From: Promethearchaeia archaeon
GTDB lineage: Archaea; Asgardarchaeota; Lokiarchaeia; Sigyniarchaeales; SOKP01
Length of the DNA stretch: 64,000 nucleotides
NCBI GenBank assembly: GCA_029856145.1
Contig: JAHQWK010000001.1
Coordinates: forward strand, 576,001-640,000
Direction of reading: 5' to 3'
The notes under the pieces are model-generated. The model was not told the origin of the DNA, searched no databases, and worked only from the letters and a program-made list of their open reading frames with translations. A program made the position numbers and the translations under genes. The first letter of the stretch is position 1, and every line of letters begins with the position of its first letter. This document shows, in pieces, positions 1 through 11,213 of this stretch.

Positions 1-398
1 TTGTTGAACGTAGTCTATCTTTATAGCTCATTTCTGTTCACTTATTATTGTTTTATTTTTTTTCGGCTGTTGGTAAATTAATCAATATTGATATTGATCG
101 AATTTGTGTCTGTTCTGTGATCGTTATGATCCGTTTTGTATAAATTCTTTTAGTCTTTAAAATATTAATTTTATTGACTATGTCTTTAAATTTTTTAAAA
201 TAGATCATGTCTATTTATGCGTTATGTCACAAATTGTAACGCCACTATATAAAAGCTTTTCTATACAAATTTGTTATATGTCCACGAACGGGCGAAAAAC
301 GGGGATTTTAGTGGGATTTATAAAATATAAAAAGAATAGGAATCAAAAAGAACTAAAAAAAGGAAAATCTTTTGATCGAATTTTTATTATAAGGAACT

Positions 399-2129
399 TT
401 AATGGTGGAGATACATGAACCTCTCCATATAATACAAGAAAATTTGATTATAATACCCTGTGAAATAGAAATCGGATGCGTGGCCACCAAAAGGCATCCA
501 TAATATAGCACAGTTTTCATTTGCATTAGCGTAATATGTATTTTGAATATTTTCAGATATACAAAAATAATTAATTATATCATGAGTGCCTTGAAAGATA
601 AGGCAAGGAGGGCTATCACTTTCAATTAGTTTTTCTGGATTTTTAAACACATCCCTTCCACTAATTCCAAAAAAGTTCATTAGATCATTTGCAGGATAGA
701 AAGGAACCAATCCCTTTATTGTTAAATTAGCGCTGAATATATCTGTGTAATCTCCACTCGCTATAGCTAAAGCTACAGCACAAGTTAGATGTCCTCCTGC
801 TGATCCACCACTAATGAATACAGAATCCAAATTTGCACCATAACTATCAGCATTATCAGTCAAATAGTTAGTAAAAACACCAATATGACGCATCATGTCA
901 TCGATATCAAAATTGCCTTTTTTATAATCAGGTGTTAAGGGATCAAGTGAATATAAAGGATTTTCAGCAATTCCATATTGAATATCAAAAACTTTATAAC
1001 CTTGAGCAGCGAAATATTTATTCATCTGCATCATATTCATCAAACCTTTATCACCAGAAACCCAAGCTCCTCCATGGATTCTAATAATTGTAGAGTTTGC
1101 TCCAGGAAGTTCTTCACCATTATTTAAAGGCATATAAGCGTCAAAATATAGTTTTATTCCTTCATCATTATAGAACAAAGTATTTTTCTCAATTTTACAG
1201 TCCTTAGGAGGAATTCCTAAAAAATAGCTTGATAAAGAGAAAGGGGTTTCTAAAAAGAAATTGTCAACTTCAGAAGGTATCTTTTCTCTCCAGTCTGAAC
1301 CAAACGTATTTGAAAAGTTTCGTTCAATATTATTTATTGTATATTGGGTTAAAAATAATGGAGTTAATAGCAATCCAGATATAAAAATCCCACTTATTGC
1401 AGTTCTATAAAATTTTTTAGAATTCCATCTGGGATGTTTCAATTTTAAAAGTAGAATTGTATTTGCAAAAAATATTATTGAAAAGAAGATACCAAATTGA
1501 CCAGAAACGATTGCTATAAATGTGGTAACAACTTCAAAAGAACCAACTAAAATAACAATTCCAAAGATAATACCTATGATAAAAGTAACCCTGGAAATTA
1601 CAGTAATAATTTTCTTTAATGTTTTTTTAGTTTTAACGAATCTCGCTGAAAATCGTTTTTCGAAATAATACTTTTCAAACCCTAAGTTTATCTTATTATA
1701 AGTTTTACTTCCAAAAACAGCATAAATAATTCCTATAATTAAAATCCCAAAATAGAAGATATAAGTTAAGGTGTATGCCAATAAATTATCAATTAATTGA
1801 TTGGAATAAGTTACAGAAATAAGTAAATTTCCAAGCATCATACAAACTATAGCAAGAATAATAAATATTAAATAAACATAACTGAATAAATTCATTTTAG
1901 TAGTGAATTTGCTCCTTCCATTTGTCTTGTTTGAGTTAATAAAAATAAGAATAAGATTTCCAAAAAATGTCATTAAAAGAAGAATTCCAAAAACATCCCA
2001 TAATATTGAATAGGAAGGAAATAATAAATAAAAGATTCCCAAAATAACACAAATTGAATTCAAGATAACTGAGGAGTAGCAGGCGCTTATAATAGATGGA
2101 TTATTTAACCAATTCTTCCCGATCTTCAT
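399..2129 (-). CDS. Membrane-anchored alpha/beta hydrolase (HSL-like esterase/lipase) with multi-TM N-terminus
   Basis: HGGAW oxyanion motif, GGSAGG nucleophile elbow, QGTHD and GH motifs; several hydrophobic helices in the N-terminal half. Confidence 0.8.
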   Translation of the reverse strand: MKIGKNWLNNPSIISACYSSVILNSICVILGIFYLLFPSYSILWDVFGILLLMTFFGNLILIFINSNKTNGRSKFTTKMNLFSYVYLIFIILAIVCMMLGNLLISVTYSNQLIDNLLAYTLTYIFYFGILIIGIIYAVFGSKTYNKINLGFEKYYFEKRFSARFVKTKKTLKKIITVISRVTFIIGIIFGIVILVGSFEVVTTFIAIVSGQFGIFFSIIFFANTILLLKLKHPRWNSKKFYRTAISGIFISGLLLTPLFLTQYTINNIERNFSNTFGSDWREKIPSEVDNFFLETPFSLSSYFLGIPPKDCKIEKNTLFYNDEGIKLYFDAYMPLNNGEELPGANSTIIRIHGGAWVSGDKGLMNMMQMNKYFAAQGYKVFDIQYGIAENPLYSLDPLTPDYKKGNFDIDDMMRHIGVFTNYLTDNADSYGANLDSVFISGGSAGGHLTCAVALAIASGDYTDIFSANLTIKGLVPFYPANDLMNFFGISGRDVFKNPEKLIESDSPPCLIFQGTHDIINYFCISENIQNTYYANANENCAILWMPFGGHASDFYFTGYYNQIFLYYMERFMYLHH

Positions 2130-2412
2130 TTTTTGCTTACTTTTGGTTCTCCCCTAATCCTAAGTATAAATATAATGGCTAAATCTAATGTCAAAGATTC
2201 TTGCCATTACTAAATATTCTTATACCTAATGATTCCCATAGGAATCAAGGTTTAAACTTATATTATTGATCAAAAATTTAATATTAAAACATAGACAAAA
2301 AGATAAATTTTTAAAGTGAAAGCGGAAAATATCGGAAATTCCTATTTAATCTAATAAAGGTGTTTTATTCTCCTTTATTACTCATTTTTATGTGTGACTT
2401 TAACACGTACTT

Positions 2413-3708
2413 TCATTTATTAATATCAGATATTTTTAATAAAGGAAGCACTAAGGGACCATTAGGTAAAATTAGTATAGATGCATCCGGTCCATATTTC
2501 TTTAAACAAATTTTAATGGCTTCTTCAACGGTCTTAGCGTATTTCAACCCAATATTACCAATCTCATCTTCATTTAATTTAGAAATGATAAAGATCTCTG
2601 CTTTCATAAGAATTCTAGCAAGTATTTGAATTTCCCATTGATCAGGTACTACAATTTCCTTATTTAATATTTTTTTGTGAATTTCGATCGGTGTCATTCC
2701 AGAATATATTAATTCTTTAAATTTATCTTGGGCAATCCCAATCCCATCAACACATTCATTTACAGCGATGATTGTACCACTCTTTTTTACAGCCATTTCT
2801 CCAATTGCCATGCTTTTTACTGCTTGGTATAAATTAAGGTCTAGGGGATATCCTCCATTGCCACATATAACTATATCATAGGGCTCCTTAATTTCTCTGA
2901 AAATATGTCTTTTTTGATACTTTATTAATTTTTCATGAGCTTCAATAAGATCTCCTGCAGTTATTTGAACAATTTCATGTTGCTTATTAATACATACATT
3001 GACAATAAAATCTACCCCTACGATGTTAGAAATTTCAATTGCATGATCATGTAAAGGATTTTCCTTGTAAATTCCGAATCGAGCATATTTTGAATTGATT
3101 TTTTCAGCAGAGTGATTAGCTTGGATAGTTTCTGTTCCTAAAATACCAGGAACTATAGATTTACGACCACCTGAAAACCCAAAAAAGAAGTGAGGTTCTA
3201 CATAGCCGGTTAAGATCTTTAAATCAGCAGTAAAATAATGTCTATTTATTAAAATTGGATCTTTATCAGTTAACTTTCCTATATAGATCAAGGAATCTTT
3301 ATCATTTGCTTGATGATCGACAACTTTAATTCTGTTTTTTAGATTTTTACCCAAAATACGTTCCAATTCATCCTCATAAGAAGCACGATGTAGTCCTATG
3401 GCAATCAGAATGGTAATTTGGTTATCTTCAATTCCGTAAGCATTTAACTCATCTATTAAAGCTTCAAGAATTAAGTTTGAGGGGACCGGTCTAGTTGCGT
3501 CACTTGAAACAATACAGACTTTTTCTAAATTACTTTTATTATTAATTATATCTTTAAGAGGTAAACATCCAATTGGATTATTAATTGCGTCTTTAATTTT
3601 TATTATAGGATTTTCAATAGGTTTTCGTTCTGAAGGCAGAAAGATGGTAGTATTCCATTTTGGATCTAAACTTATTTCAATACCATCTTTTCCATAATCA
3701 AATTTCAT
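2413..3708 (-). CDS. larA: Nickel-dependent lactate racemase (LarA family)
   Basis: SDATRP, GLHR, VEPHFFFGFSGGRKSIVPG and GGYPLDLNLYQAVK motifs. Confidence 0.85.
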   Translation of the reverse strand: MKFDYGKDGIEISLDPKWNTTIFLPSERKPIENPIIKIKDAINNPIGCLPLKDIINNKSNLEKVCIVSSDATRPVPSNLILEALIDELNAYGIEDNQITILIAIGLHRASYEDELERILGKNLKNRIKVVDHQANDKDSLIYIGKLTDKDPILINRHYFTADLKILTGYVEPHFFFGFSGGRKSIVPGILGTETIQANHSAEKINSKYARFGIYKENPLHDHAIEISNIVGVDFIVNVCINKQHEIVQITAGDLIEAHEKLIKYQKRHIFREIKEPYDIVICGNGGYPLDLNLYQAVKSMAIGEMAVKKSGTIIAVNECVDGIGIAQDKFKELIYSGMTPIEIHKKILNKEIVVPDQWEIQILARILMKAEIFIISKLNEDEIGNIGLKYAKTVEEAIKICLKKYGPDASILILPNGPLVLPLLKISDINK

Positions 3709-3714
3709 GATTTC

Positions 3715-5451
3715 TCAATTTTCATGGATAATTTCTCTTGCTTTTTCAAAAATTTCAATTGTATTTACACCAGCAGGACATTTAGTTTGACAGAGCCCAC
3801 ATAAAGTACATGTGTGAAACACTTCTGTAATTAAATCATTTAATTCTAAATCACCATGGACTAATCCGTTTAAGAGACATAAACGTCCTCTTGGACTATA
3901 TGTTTCTAATGCATAATTTATTCTCGAGGGACAAGTGATACAAAATCCACATCTCATACATTTTAATTCCAATATGCTATCAGATTGGTTTTTTAGAGAA
4001 CGTTTTATGCTTGGAGTATTAATAGCTCGAAGATCTCCTTTTCCAATTCCTGGATTTAAGATCATATTCGGATCATAGAATTTCTTAATTTGTGTCATCA
4101 ATTCAATTATATTAGAGTCATGTTCTAATTCAAGATATGGGGTTTTAATTTTCCCTATTCCATGTTCACCGGTTATTGATCCTCCAGCAGGTATTATTAT
4201 TTCTCTGTATAAATAATCTATTGCCTTTTCAAAATCTTTTACATCTTGTTCATCATTTTCATTAAATAAAAATGTGGGATGCAAATTTCCTTCCATGTGA
4301 CAGATTATTGCGACTAACAAATTTTTGGCGTTAATTCTTTTAGGAATCTCTTCTATTTTTTTAATAACTTCAGAAAATTCTGAAATTTGAATTGTACAAT
4401 CTTCAACACAGGTATTGGGTCTAATTCTTGAAAGAGCGGGAAGATTAGCTTTTCTTGCAAGGATTAACCTTTCTCTTTCTTCTTCAGTCATAGCTATTTT
4501 ATTATAGATTGGATTTTTTTGGATAATAATATCAAACATAACTGCAAATGATTCATCAACTTCAATTGTAGAGTTTCCATCAACCTCAGCTAATAGAACA
4601 TATCCATTTGGAAAATCAAAGAATTCACCACCTAAATATTCAGTAACCGCTTTCAAAATAATTTTATCCATAAATTCTAATAAATTTGGTACAATCCCTC
4701 TTCTTCTTATCTCTAAAACAGCATCTTTTAAATCATCAACATTTTCAAAAATAAACAGTCCTAATTTTCGCGTCTTTGGTAAAGGTCGGATTCTTAAACC
4801 TATCTTTGTAATAACTCCCAAAGTGCCTTCCGAACCGATAAAAAGGTCTTTTATGTTATATGAAGATACTGATTTTAAAACTTTTGAACCTAAATTTAAA
4901 ATTCTTCCATCTGATAATACAACTTCTAAATAAATAACATAAATTTTTGTGACACCATACTTGAATGCTTGTATACCTCCCGCATTGTTTGCGACCATCC
5001 CTCCAATAGTAGCAACGCAACTAGAACCAGGATCTGGAGGAAAAAAGTATCCATATGGTTTTAAAGTCTCATTTAACTCATCACATATTACTCCTGGTTC
5101 AACTTCAACTAAATTATTTTCAATGTCTACCTTTAGAATTTCATTCATTTGACTCAAATCTAAAATTATCCCCCCATAGGGGCTTAGTGAGCCAGATGAT
5201 AAACTTGTACCACTTCCTCGAGGGGTTACTGGAATTCTATTTTTATTGGCTAAATTTAGAATTTCAGAAACCTGTTTCGTATTTTGTGGGATTAATATTA
5301 AATCTGGAACCCATCCTTTATTAAAAATGGATCCTCCAAAAGCATAAGTGAATCTTACTTCATACTCATCAAAAAAAAAACTTTCTCCAACGACTTCCTT
5401 AAATTTATCTAATAAAAGTTGGGAGATTTTATTATAATGTGGTGGTTCCAT
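3715..5451 (-). CDS. FAD-linked 2-hydroxyacid (D-lactate/glycolate) dehydrogenase, GlcD-like, with C-terminal 4Fe-4S dicluster domain
   Basis: PRGSGTSL, PPDPGS..ATIGGMVANNAGG, GSEGTLG, GNLHP, GEHGIG; C-terminal CMRCGFC and CTLCGLCQTKCP. Confidence 0.85.
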   Translation of the reverse strand: MEPPHYNKISQLLLDKFKEVVGESFFFDEYEVRFTYAFGGSIFNKGWVPDLILIPQNTKQVSEILNLANKNRIPVTPRGSGTSLSSGSLSPYGGIILDLSQMNEILKVDIENNLVEVEPGVICDELNETLKPYGYFFPPDPGSSCVATIGGMVANNAGGIQAFKYGVTKIYVIYLEVVLSDGRILNLGSKVLKSVSSYNIKDLFIGSEGTLGVITKIGLRIRPLPKTRKLGLFIFENVDDLKDAVLEIRRRGIVPNLLEFMDKIILKAVTEYLGGEFFDFPNGYVLLAEVDGNSTIEVDESFAVMFDIIIQKNPIYNKIAMTEEERERLILARKANLPALSRIRPNTCVEDCTIQISEFSEVIKKIEEIPKRINAKNLLVAIICHMEGNLHPTFLFNENDEQDVKDFEKAIDYLYREIIIPAGGSITGEHGIGKIKTPYLELEHDSNIIELMTQIKKFYDPNMILNPGIGKGDLRAINTPSIKRSLKNQSDSILELKCMRCGFCITCPSRINYALETYSPRGRLCLLNGLVHGDLELNDLITEVFHTCTLCGLCQTKCPAGVNTIEIFEKAREIIHEN

Positions 5452-5699
5452 TTTTAAAATTTTTCTGTTGAAGCTTAATTATATTTTGGTAAATGACTTT
5501 AGATATATTTTATTCTTTTAAAAATAAATTTTGTTTCTATAAAATCCTTTGAAAGAATTTCAAAATTCTTTCGCATAATACAATTTCTCATATGACTTCA
5601 AATCTTTTCTTTTTTTTTCTATAATCGAAAAAAATTTAAGATTGATTTGATTTTTTAATCATGAAAAAGAAAATTCGCCAATAATAAAAGGAAAAAAGA

Positions 5700-6023
5700 A
5701 TGAAACAATCTAATAATAAAAATTCTACAGATGACGCAGAATTTAAAAAAATTCCATCTATAAATAAAAAAAAGCAGCTCTATTCAAATTATTTAAGTAA
5801 TATAATTCAGAATTTATCAAATCCCAGGTTCCTAGGATCAATTCATATGAAAAAAGAGACAAGTCCTAAGATCAATTCAGTTGAAAATCTGATAGAAGAT
5901 GAACTAAAATTAAAGATGACAAAAGCTTTAAAAAACACATTATTTAACCCTGTAACAAAGATTTTAATACTATCGGCGATTGTTTTTAATCTTATCTGGT
6001 TTCTCTTAATAGCTATTTTATAA
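5700..6023 (+). CDS. Hypothetical protein with C-terminal TM helix
   Basis: 107-aa ORF with a hydrophobic C-terminus. Confidence 0.5.
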   Translation: MKQSNNKNSTDDAEFKKIPSINKKKQLYSNYLSNIIQNLSNPRFLGSIHMKKETSPKINSVENLIEDELKLKMTKALKNTLFNPVTKILILSAIVFNLIWFLLIAIL

Positions 6024-6202
6024 AAGATTAAAAGTAAGTTAATCGAAAAACTAGACAAATGGTTAAATATTTTTTTAGAGTAGTAACAAAAACTTATTTT
6101 CCATCTAATAAATTTAAAAGGTATTTAAATCTGTTAAGATTAGATTTTAATATTCATTTCAGATATTCAAACTAAACTATTAATAAAAAGGTTATTGTGT
6201 AA

Positions 6203-7672
6203 TTGATTTACGACGTAATTATTATTGGGGGTGGTGTCACAGGGTGCAATATAGCCCGTACTCTTTCAAAATATAATTTAAAAGTGTGTTTATTAGAAAA
6301 AGAGGCAGAGATTGCTGCTGGAACCACTAAGGCTAATTCTGGAGTAATTCATGCTGGATATGCTTCTTCTAGAGAATACATTAAGCGATATTTATGTATT
6401 AAAGGAAATAAACTATATACCCAAGCAGCCGAGGAATTGAATTTCCCATTCAAACGAATTGGTTCCTTTGTAGTTGCATTAGAGGATAATCAAATTAAAC
6501 AGTTAGAAGAAGAACGAAAAAAAGGCATTGAAGATGGCATTCCTGGTTTGGAAGTAATATTAGACAAGAAGAAAATAAAACAGATGGAACCCAATTTAAC
6601 TGATGAGGTTGTTGGAGTGTTACATGCTCCAACAGCGGGACTTGCTAGCCCATATGAATTAACCTTTGCATTGGCTGAAAATGCTGCCATGAACGGGATA
6701 AAATTTTTCAGAAATCATGAAGTAGTTAAAATTAAACATCAGGATTACATTTTCACTATACGAACATATGAAGGTGAATTTCAGGGACGAAATATAATTA
6801 ATGCTGCTGGATTGCATGCTGCGAGAGTTTCCAGAATGCTAGGACTAGATTATTTTAGTATAATGCCAAGAAAGGGTGAATATATTCTCTTTGATCGTAA
6901 TGTTTTTCAATTGAATAAGATTTTATTCCCAATTCCCACGAAAGTATCAAAGGGAATATTAGTTTGCCCTACACTGCATGGTAACACTTTTGTTGGACCC
7001 AATGCTCAAAATATAACTGATCGTGAAGATATCTCAACAACTACAGCAGGCTTAAAAGAAATTTTGGATGGAGGAATGAAATTAATTCCGAATATTCCCG
7101 CAAGAAGCTCAATTAGAAATTTTGCTGGATTAAGAGCTGTTCCAGATACTTATGATTTTATAATTGATAATACAGATGTATATGGTTTTATCAATGTAGC
7201 GGGGATTTTATCACCTGGTTTAACAGCAACATTCGCAATCGCAGAAAAAGTTGTTGAATTTCTTGAGTTATTAGGTGTAGAATTAAATGTGAAGGAAGAT
7301 TATAACCCTATTCGCCCTAAACCAGAAAGATTTAAAGACTTCACGAAAAAAGAACTTGACAAAAAAATACAAGAGGATCCAGCTTGGGGCAGAATAATTT
7401 GTCGATGTGAAACTATACCTGAAAAAGAAATAATTAATGCAATTCATGCTCCTGTAGGGGCCAATACGGTTGATGGTGTAAAATTTCGATGTAGGCCTGG
7501 TATGGGTAGATGTCAAGGTGGCTTTTGTCGACCTCGTGTCATTGAGATTCTATCAAGAGAACTGAACAAACCGTATGTAGAAATTACGAAGAGAGGAGAA
7601 GATACCAATATTTTGGTTGGAAAGACAAAAGACTTCATGTTAAAAAGCGAAAGGGGGGGTGCTAGTGAATGA
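6203..7672 (+). CDS. FAD-dependent oxidoreductase (glycerol-3-phosphate dehydrogenase/LhgO-like) with C-terminal BFD-like 2Fe-2S domain
   Basis: IIGGGVTG, TTKANSGVIHAG, SPGLTA, ICRCE...GMGRCQGGFC. Confidence 0.85.
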   Translation: MIYDVIIIGGGVTGCNIARTLSKYNLKVCLLEKEAEIAAGTTKANSGVIHAGYASSREYIKRYLCIKGNKLYTQAAEELNFPFKRIGSFVVALEDNQIKQLEEERKKGIEDGIPGLEVILDKKKIKQMEPNLTDEVVGVLHAPTAGLASPYELTFALAENAAMNGIKFFRNHEVVKIKHQDYIFTIRTYEGEFQGRNIINAAGLHAARVSRMLGLDYFSIMPRKGEYILFDRNVFQLNKILFPIPTKVSKGILVCPTLHGNTFVGPNAQNITDREDISTTTAGLKEILDGGMKLIPNIPARSSIRNFAGLRAVPDTYDFIIDNTDVYGFINVAGILSPGLTATFAIAEKVVEFLELLGVELNVKEDYNPIRPKPERFKDFTKKELDKKIQEDPAWGRIICRCETIPEKEIINAIHAPVGANTVDGVKFRCRPGMGRCQGGFCRPRVIEILSRELNKPYVEITKRGEDTNILVGKTKDFMLKSERGGASE

Positions 7673-8967
7673 AACAATATAGTGTAGATGTAGCTGTAAT
7701 AGGTGGTGGATCTGCAGGGTTAGCAGCAGCAATTGTTGTTAAAAAAGCTGAATTAAATGTATTAATAATTGAAAGGGATAAAGAATTAGGTGGAATTACA
7801 CTCCAATGTATTCATAATGGATTTGGACTTCACGAATTTAAAGAAGAATTAACTGGACCTGAATATGTCCAACGATTTATCAACCAAGCTAAAGAACTAG
7901 AAATTCCTGCTAAGTTAGACACGATGGTAATTGAATTCACCCCAGATAAAACAATCTATGCTGTGAATAAAGAAGAAGGACTAATTGAGATTAAAACTAA
8001 AGCTATTATTCTTGCAATGGGTTGTCGTGAAAAAACACGAGGTGCGATTAATATTCCCGGCTTTCGACCTGCAGGAATATATACTGCTGGACAAGCTCAA
8101 AGATTTGTCAATATTGAAGGATATTTACCCGGTAGAACTTTTGTTATTTTGGGAAGTGGAGATATTGGCATGATTATGGCACGGCGATTAACTTGGGAGG
8201 GCTGTCAAGTTAAGGCGGTTGTAGAAATTCAACCCTATGTAAGTGGATTAATAAGAAATGAAGTACAATGCTTAGAAGATTATGGAATTCCATTAATAAC
8301 GTCTTACACTATCACGAAAATCCATGGAAAAGAAAGGCTTAAGGGAGTTACAATTTCAAAAGTAGATAGAAATTTCGATAGAGTTATAGGTTCTGACAAG
8401 TTTATTGAATGTGATACACTTCTTCTATCAGTAGGATTGATTCCTGAAAATGAATTAACAAGGGAAGCAGGAGCGGAAATCTCACAAATGGGAGGCCCTG
8501 TAGTAGATAATAATCTGGAAACCAAGATTGATGGGATTTTTGCTTGTGGTAATGTTCTACAAGTACATGATTTAGTAGATCTGGTTACAGCAGAGGCAAA
8601 AAGAGCTGGATTAAATGCTATTGAATATATTAAAGAAAGATATAGTAAAAAAATAGGAAAAAAAGACCAAATAAAATGTATTCCGGGTGAAAATGTTAAT
8701 TATATAAAGCCCGATTTGATTAATCGTGCTGATTTATCCAAAAATATTATTTTTACATTTCGAGTCAAGCGACCAGATAGAAGACTTCTAATTCAATTAA
8801 AAGATGAAAAAAATAAGATTGTTTACAAACGAAAGAGGAGATACGTTATTCCTAGCGAAATGATTGAAATAAAATTAAATTTAAGTGAACAACAAATAGA
8901 TCCTGAAAGTAATACCTTGGAGGTTGAAGTGATCCCTCGACCAGAGGTTTTAATTGAGGATGATTAA
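7669..8967 (+). CDS. Pyridine nucleotide-disulfide oxidoreductase, partner of the upstream dehydrogenase
   Basis: GGGSAG, QCIHNGFG, GSGDIGMIMARR, CGNVLQVHDLVD; ATGA overlap with the upstream gene. Confidence 0.85.
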   Translation: MKQYSVDVAVIGGGSAGLAAAIVVKKAELNVLIIERDKELGGITLQCIHNGFGLHEFKEELTGPEYVQRFINQAKELEIPAKLDTMVIEFTPDKTIYAVNKEEGLIEIKTKAIILAMGCREKTRGAINIPGFRPAGIYTAGQAQRFVNIEGYLPGRTFVILGSGDIGMIMARRLTWEGCQVKAVVEIQPYVSGLIRNEVQCLEDYGIPLITSYTITKIHGKERLKGVTISKVDRNFDRVIGSDKFIECDTLLLSVGLIPENELTREAGAEISQMGGPVVDNNLETKIDGIFACGNVLQVHDLVDLVTAEAKRAGLNAIEYIKERYSKKIGKKDQIKCIPGENVNYIKPDLINRADLSKNIIFTFRVKRPDRRLLIQLKDEKNKIVYKRKRRYVIPSEMIEIKLNLSEQQIDPESNTLEVEVIPRPEVLIEDD

Positions 8968-8989
8968 TCAAAAAAAAAGGTGATGAGAG

Positions 8990-9388
8990 TTGTCAACAAA
9001 AAGTAATGAAACTGAGCTTCCCGAAGGATTCAAGGATATAAGATGCATCATTTGTCCTACAGGCTGTCTTGTACATGTCGAAAAAATTAATGGAGAACTA
9101 ATCATTGAAGGGCATTCTTGTAAAAGAGGGGAAGAATATGCAAGAGAAGAATTTGTTGCTCCAAAAAGAATTCTTACTACAACAATGCAAGTAGAAAGCG
9201 GTTTTTTACCTTTGGTCCCCGTGAGATCAGACACGCCTATTCCAAAAGATCGATTGGAAGAAACTCTTAAAGAAATCGCAAAAGTAAAAACTAAAGCTCC
9301 TATAAAAATGGGAGATATTCTTATAGAAAAAGTTCTAGGACTTGAGATCAATATTATAGCAAGTAGAGATTTAATTGAAAGTAAATAA
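8990..9388 (+). CDS. DUF1667 family metal-binding protein
   Basis: CIICPTGC...C.RG.EYA..E...P.R.LTTT; usual third gene of this G3P dehydrogenase-like cluster. Confidence 0.8.
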   Translation: MSTKSNETELPEGFKDIRCIICPTGCLVHVEKINGELIIEGHSCKRGEEYAREEFVAPKRILTTTMQVESGFLPLVPVRSDTPIPKDRLEETLKEIAKVKTKAPIKMGDILIEKVLGLEINIIASRDLIESK

Positions 9389-9565
9389 CTTTTTCATCTT
9401 TTAAACTTCCCTATCTCTTTTATTTGTTTGATTTTTGTAAATTTATATATTGAAGGATCTTTTCCAAATGTGTCATTTTACTAAAATATATAAAATCTAA
9501 CTTAGATTAAATTGTTAGAAAAAAGGTATTAAATTTTTTAAAATAAAATTTAGAGGAGACTTATT

Positions 9566-9910
9566 TTGTCAGAATTCGAACAAAAAGTATTGAAATTACT
9601 CGAAGAAATTAATAATAAACTAGATAAAGTATTGAAAGCTGAGCCTATATCTGTAAGTTCAGCACCAGTGGCATCAGCAGCACCTTCTCCTGCGGCTTCA
9701 ACAGTTAAACCTTCTGCTATAGTTGACAAGCAAGAGGAAGAAGCACGAATGGAAGAGAAACCGCCTGTTGAGGGCCGAAGAGTCTGTCCTGAGTGTGGAG
9801 GAACCGCGTTTGCCACACACGAAGATAAAGGCCAAGTTTTACATCAAATGGGTGGCGTAAAGATTTATGCTAAGAAATACGTCTGTAAGCAGTGTGGATA
9901 CACTTTTTAA
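9566..9910 (+). CDS. Small protein: N-terminal coiled coil, Ala/Pro/Ser linker, C-terminal zinc ribbon
   Basis: TTG start after GAGGAG SD; CPEC...CKQC. Confidence 0.75.
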   Translation: MSEFEQKVLKLLEEINNKLDKVLKAEPISVSSAPVASAAPSPAASTVKPSAIVDKQEEEARMEEKPPVEGRRVCPECGGTAFATHEDKGQVLHQMGGVKIYAKKYVCKQCGYTF

Positions 9911-10069
9911 TTTTTTTTTTTAAATTTTATTAAATCTTCTGAAAACTATGATATTTTTATAAAAACACCTATTATTAAACCTTTAAGTTAGATTTTTAAT
10001 TTCTTTATACTTTAAATTCTTAATTAGAAATGTTATAAGGTACATGTGGTGCAGAATTAAATTCCTCAA

Positions 10070-11143
10070 ATGAGAGTTAGTAAATGGATTCAATACATTA
10101 AAAGCTTTATTTTAAATAATTTTACCAGCCAAAAAGTTCCCTATTCTGCTCAGATAGAATTGACTCTGCGTTGTAATGGGAAGTGTCCATTCTGTTCAAT
10201 TCATTCTTTACCCGAATCTATTCTGGGTACTGATATGACTACTGAACAAATAAAATATTTAATCGATGAGATAGCTAAATTGGGAGTACTCTCTCTTTCT
10301 TTTACAGGTGGTGAGCCCACATTAAGAAAAGATTTACCAGAATTAATTTATTACACGGGAGTAGTACACAATTTTATGAATGGTATCGCTACTAATGGAT
10401 ATTTATTACCTAAATTATTTAAAGAACAAAAAATTGAAGGCTTGGATTATGTTTTACTTTCGCTTGACTATCCTACAGCAAAATTGCATAATAAAATGCG
10501 AGGAATTAAAGTATTTGATAGAGTTATTGAATCTATTAAATTAGCCAATAAGCATGATATCAAACCTATCATAAGCACAGTGGTTATGAAAGATAATATC
10601 CACTTATTGGATGATATTTGCCAATTAACTGAAAGATTAGGGTGTTCAATTGAATTATATCCCTGTGAAGATATAATAAGGGATTTCCCTAATAAAAGTT
10701 ACCAAATCCAAGATATTCAAGAAATGATACCGGAAATATCTGTATGGGCGAAATTAATACGATCATTAAGAAAAAAATACAATAATATTTTAACTGATCC
10801 AATAAGCGTTGAAGTGGTTGAGAAAGGAGGTTTTGGTGGATTCCCAGACCATCATCAAAATATTCTACGCTGTCATGTCGCAGAAGCGTATATATTCATT
10901 AGTCATGATGGATTTATTAATTATCCTTGTAAAATTCATCCAATTCTAAGTTACAATTCTTTAAAGTATCCAATATCGAGTATTTATAACTCTCATAAAG
11001 TAAAAGAAATAATGAAGATGCATGATAATTATCATTTCTGCAAAAATTGTCGTTTGGGGTGTGCTATCGCATCATCAATCCCAACTCGTTGGAAAACGGT
11101 TTATGCTAAGTATATTAAAGGCTTTTTAGAAGGCAAGTTATGA
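10070..11143 (+). CDS. Radical SAM protein with SPASM/Twitch-like C-terminus
   Basis: CNGKCPFC, TGGEP, TNG; C-terminal Cys cluster CKNCRLGC. Confidence 0.85.
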   Translation: MRVSKWIQYIKSFILNNFTSQKVPYSAQIELTLRCNGKCPFCSIHSLPESILGTDMTTEQIKYLIDEIAKLGVLSLSFTGGEPTLRKDLPELIYYTGVVHNFMNGIATNGYLLPKLFKEQKIEGLDYVLLSLDYPTAKLHNKMRGIKVFDRVIESIKLANKHDIKPIISTVVMKDNIHLLDDICQLTERLGCSIELYPCEDIIRDFPNKSYQIQDIQEMIPEISVWAKLIRSLRKKYNNILTDPISVEVVEKGGFGGFPDHHQNILRCHVAEAYIFISHDGFINYPCKIHPILSYNSLKYPISSIYNSHKVKEIMKMHDNYHFCKNCRLGCAIASSIPTRWKTVYAKYIKGFLEGKL

Positions 11144-11213
11144 TAGTAAATGTCATTGCACAATTCAAAAAATTTAATTAAAAACATAGTTTTCCTAATA
11201 TAGTGATGAAATA

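Noticed and set aside
1-31. Possible start of a minus-strand gene (MSYKDRLRST)
   Set aside because: Only 10 codons lie in the window; it cannot be identified
224-418. 64-aa ORF on the + strand
   Set aside because: Low-complexity AT-rich sequence overlapping the end of the hydrolase gene; no SD or motif
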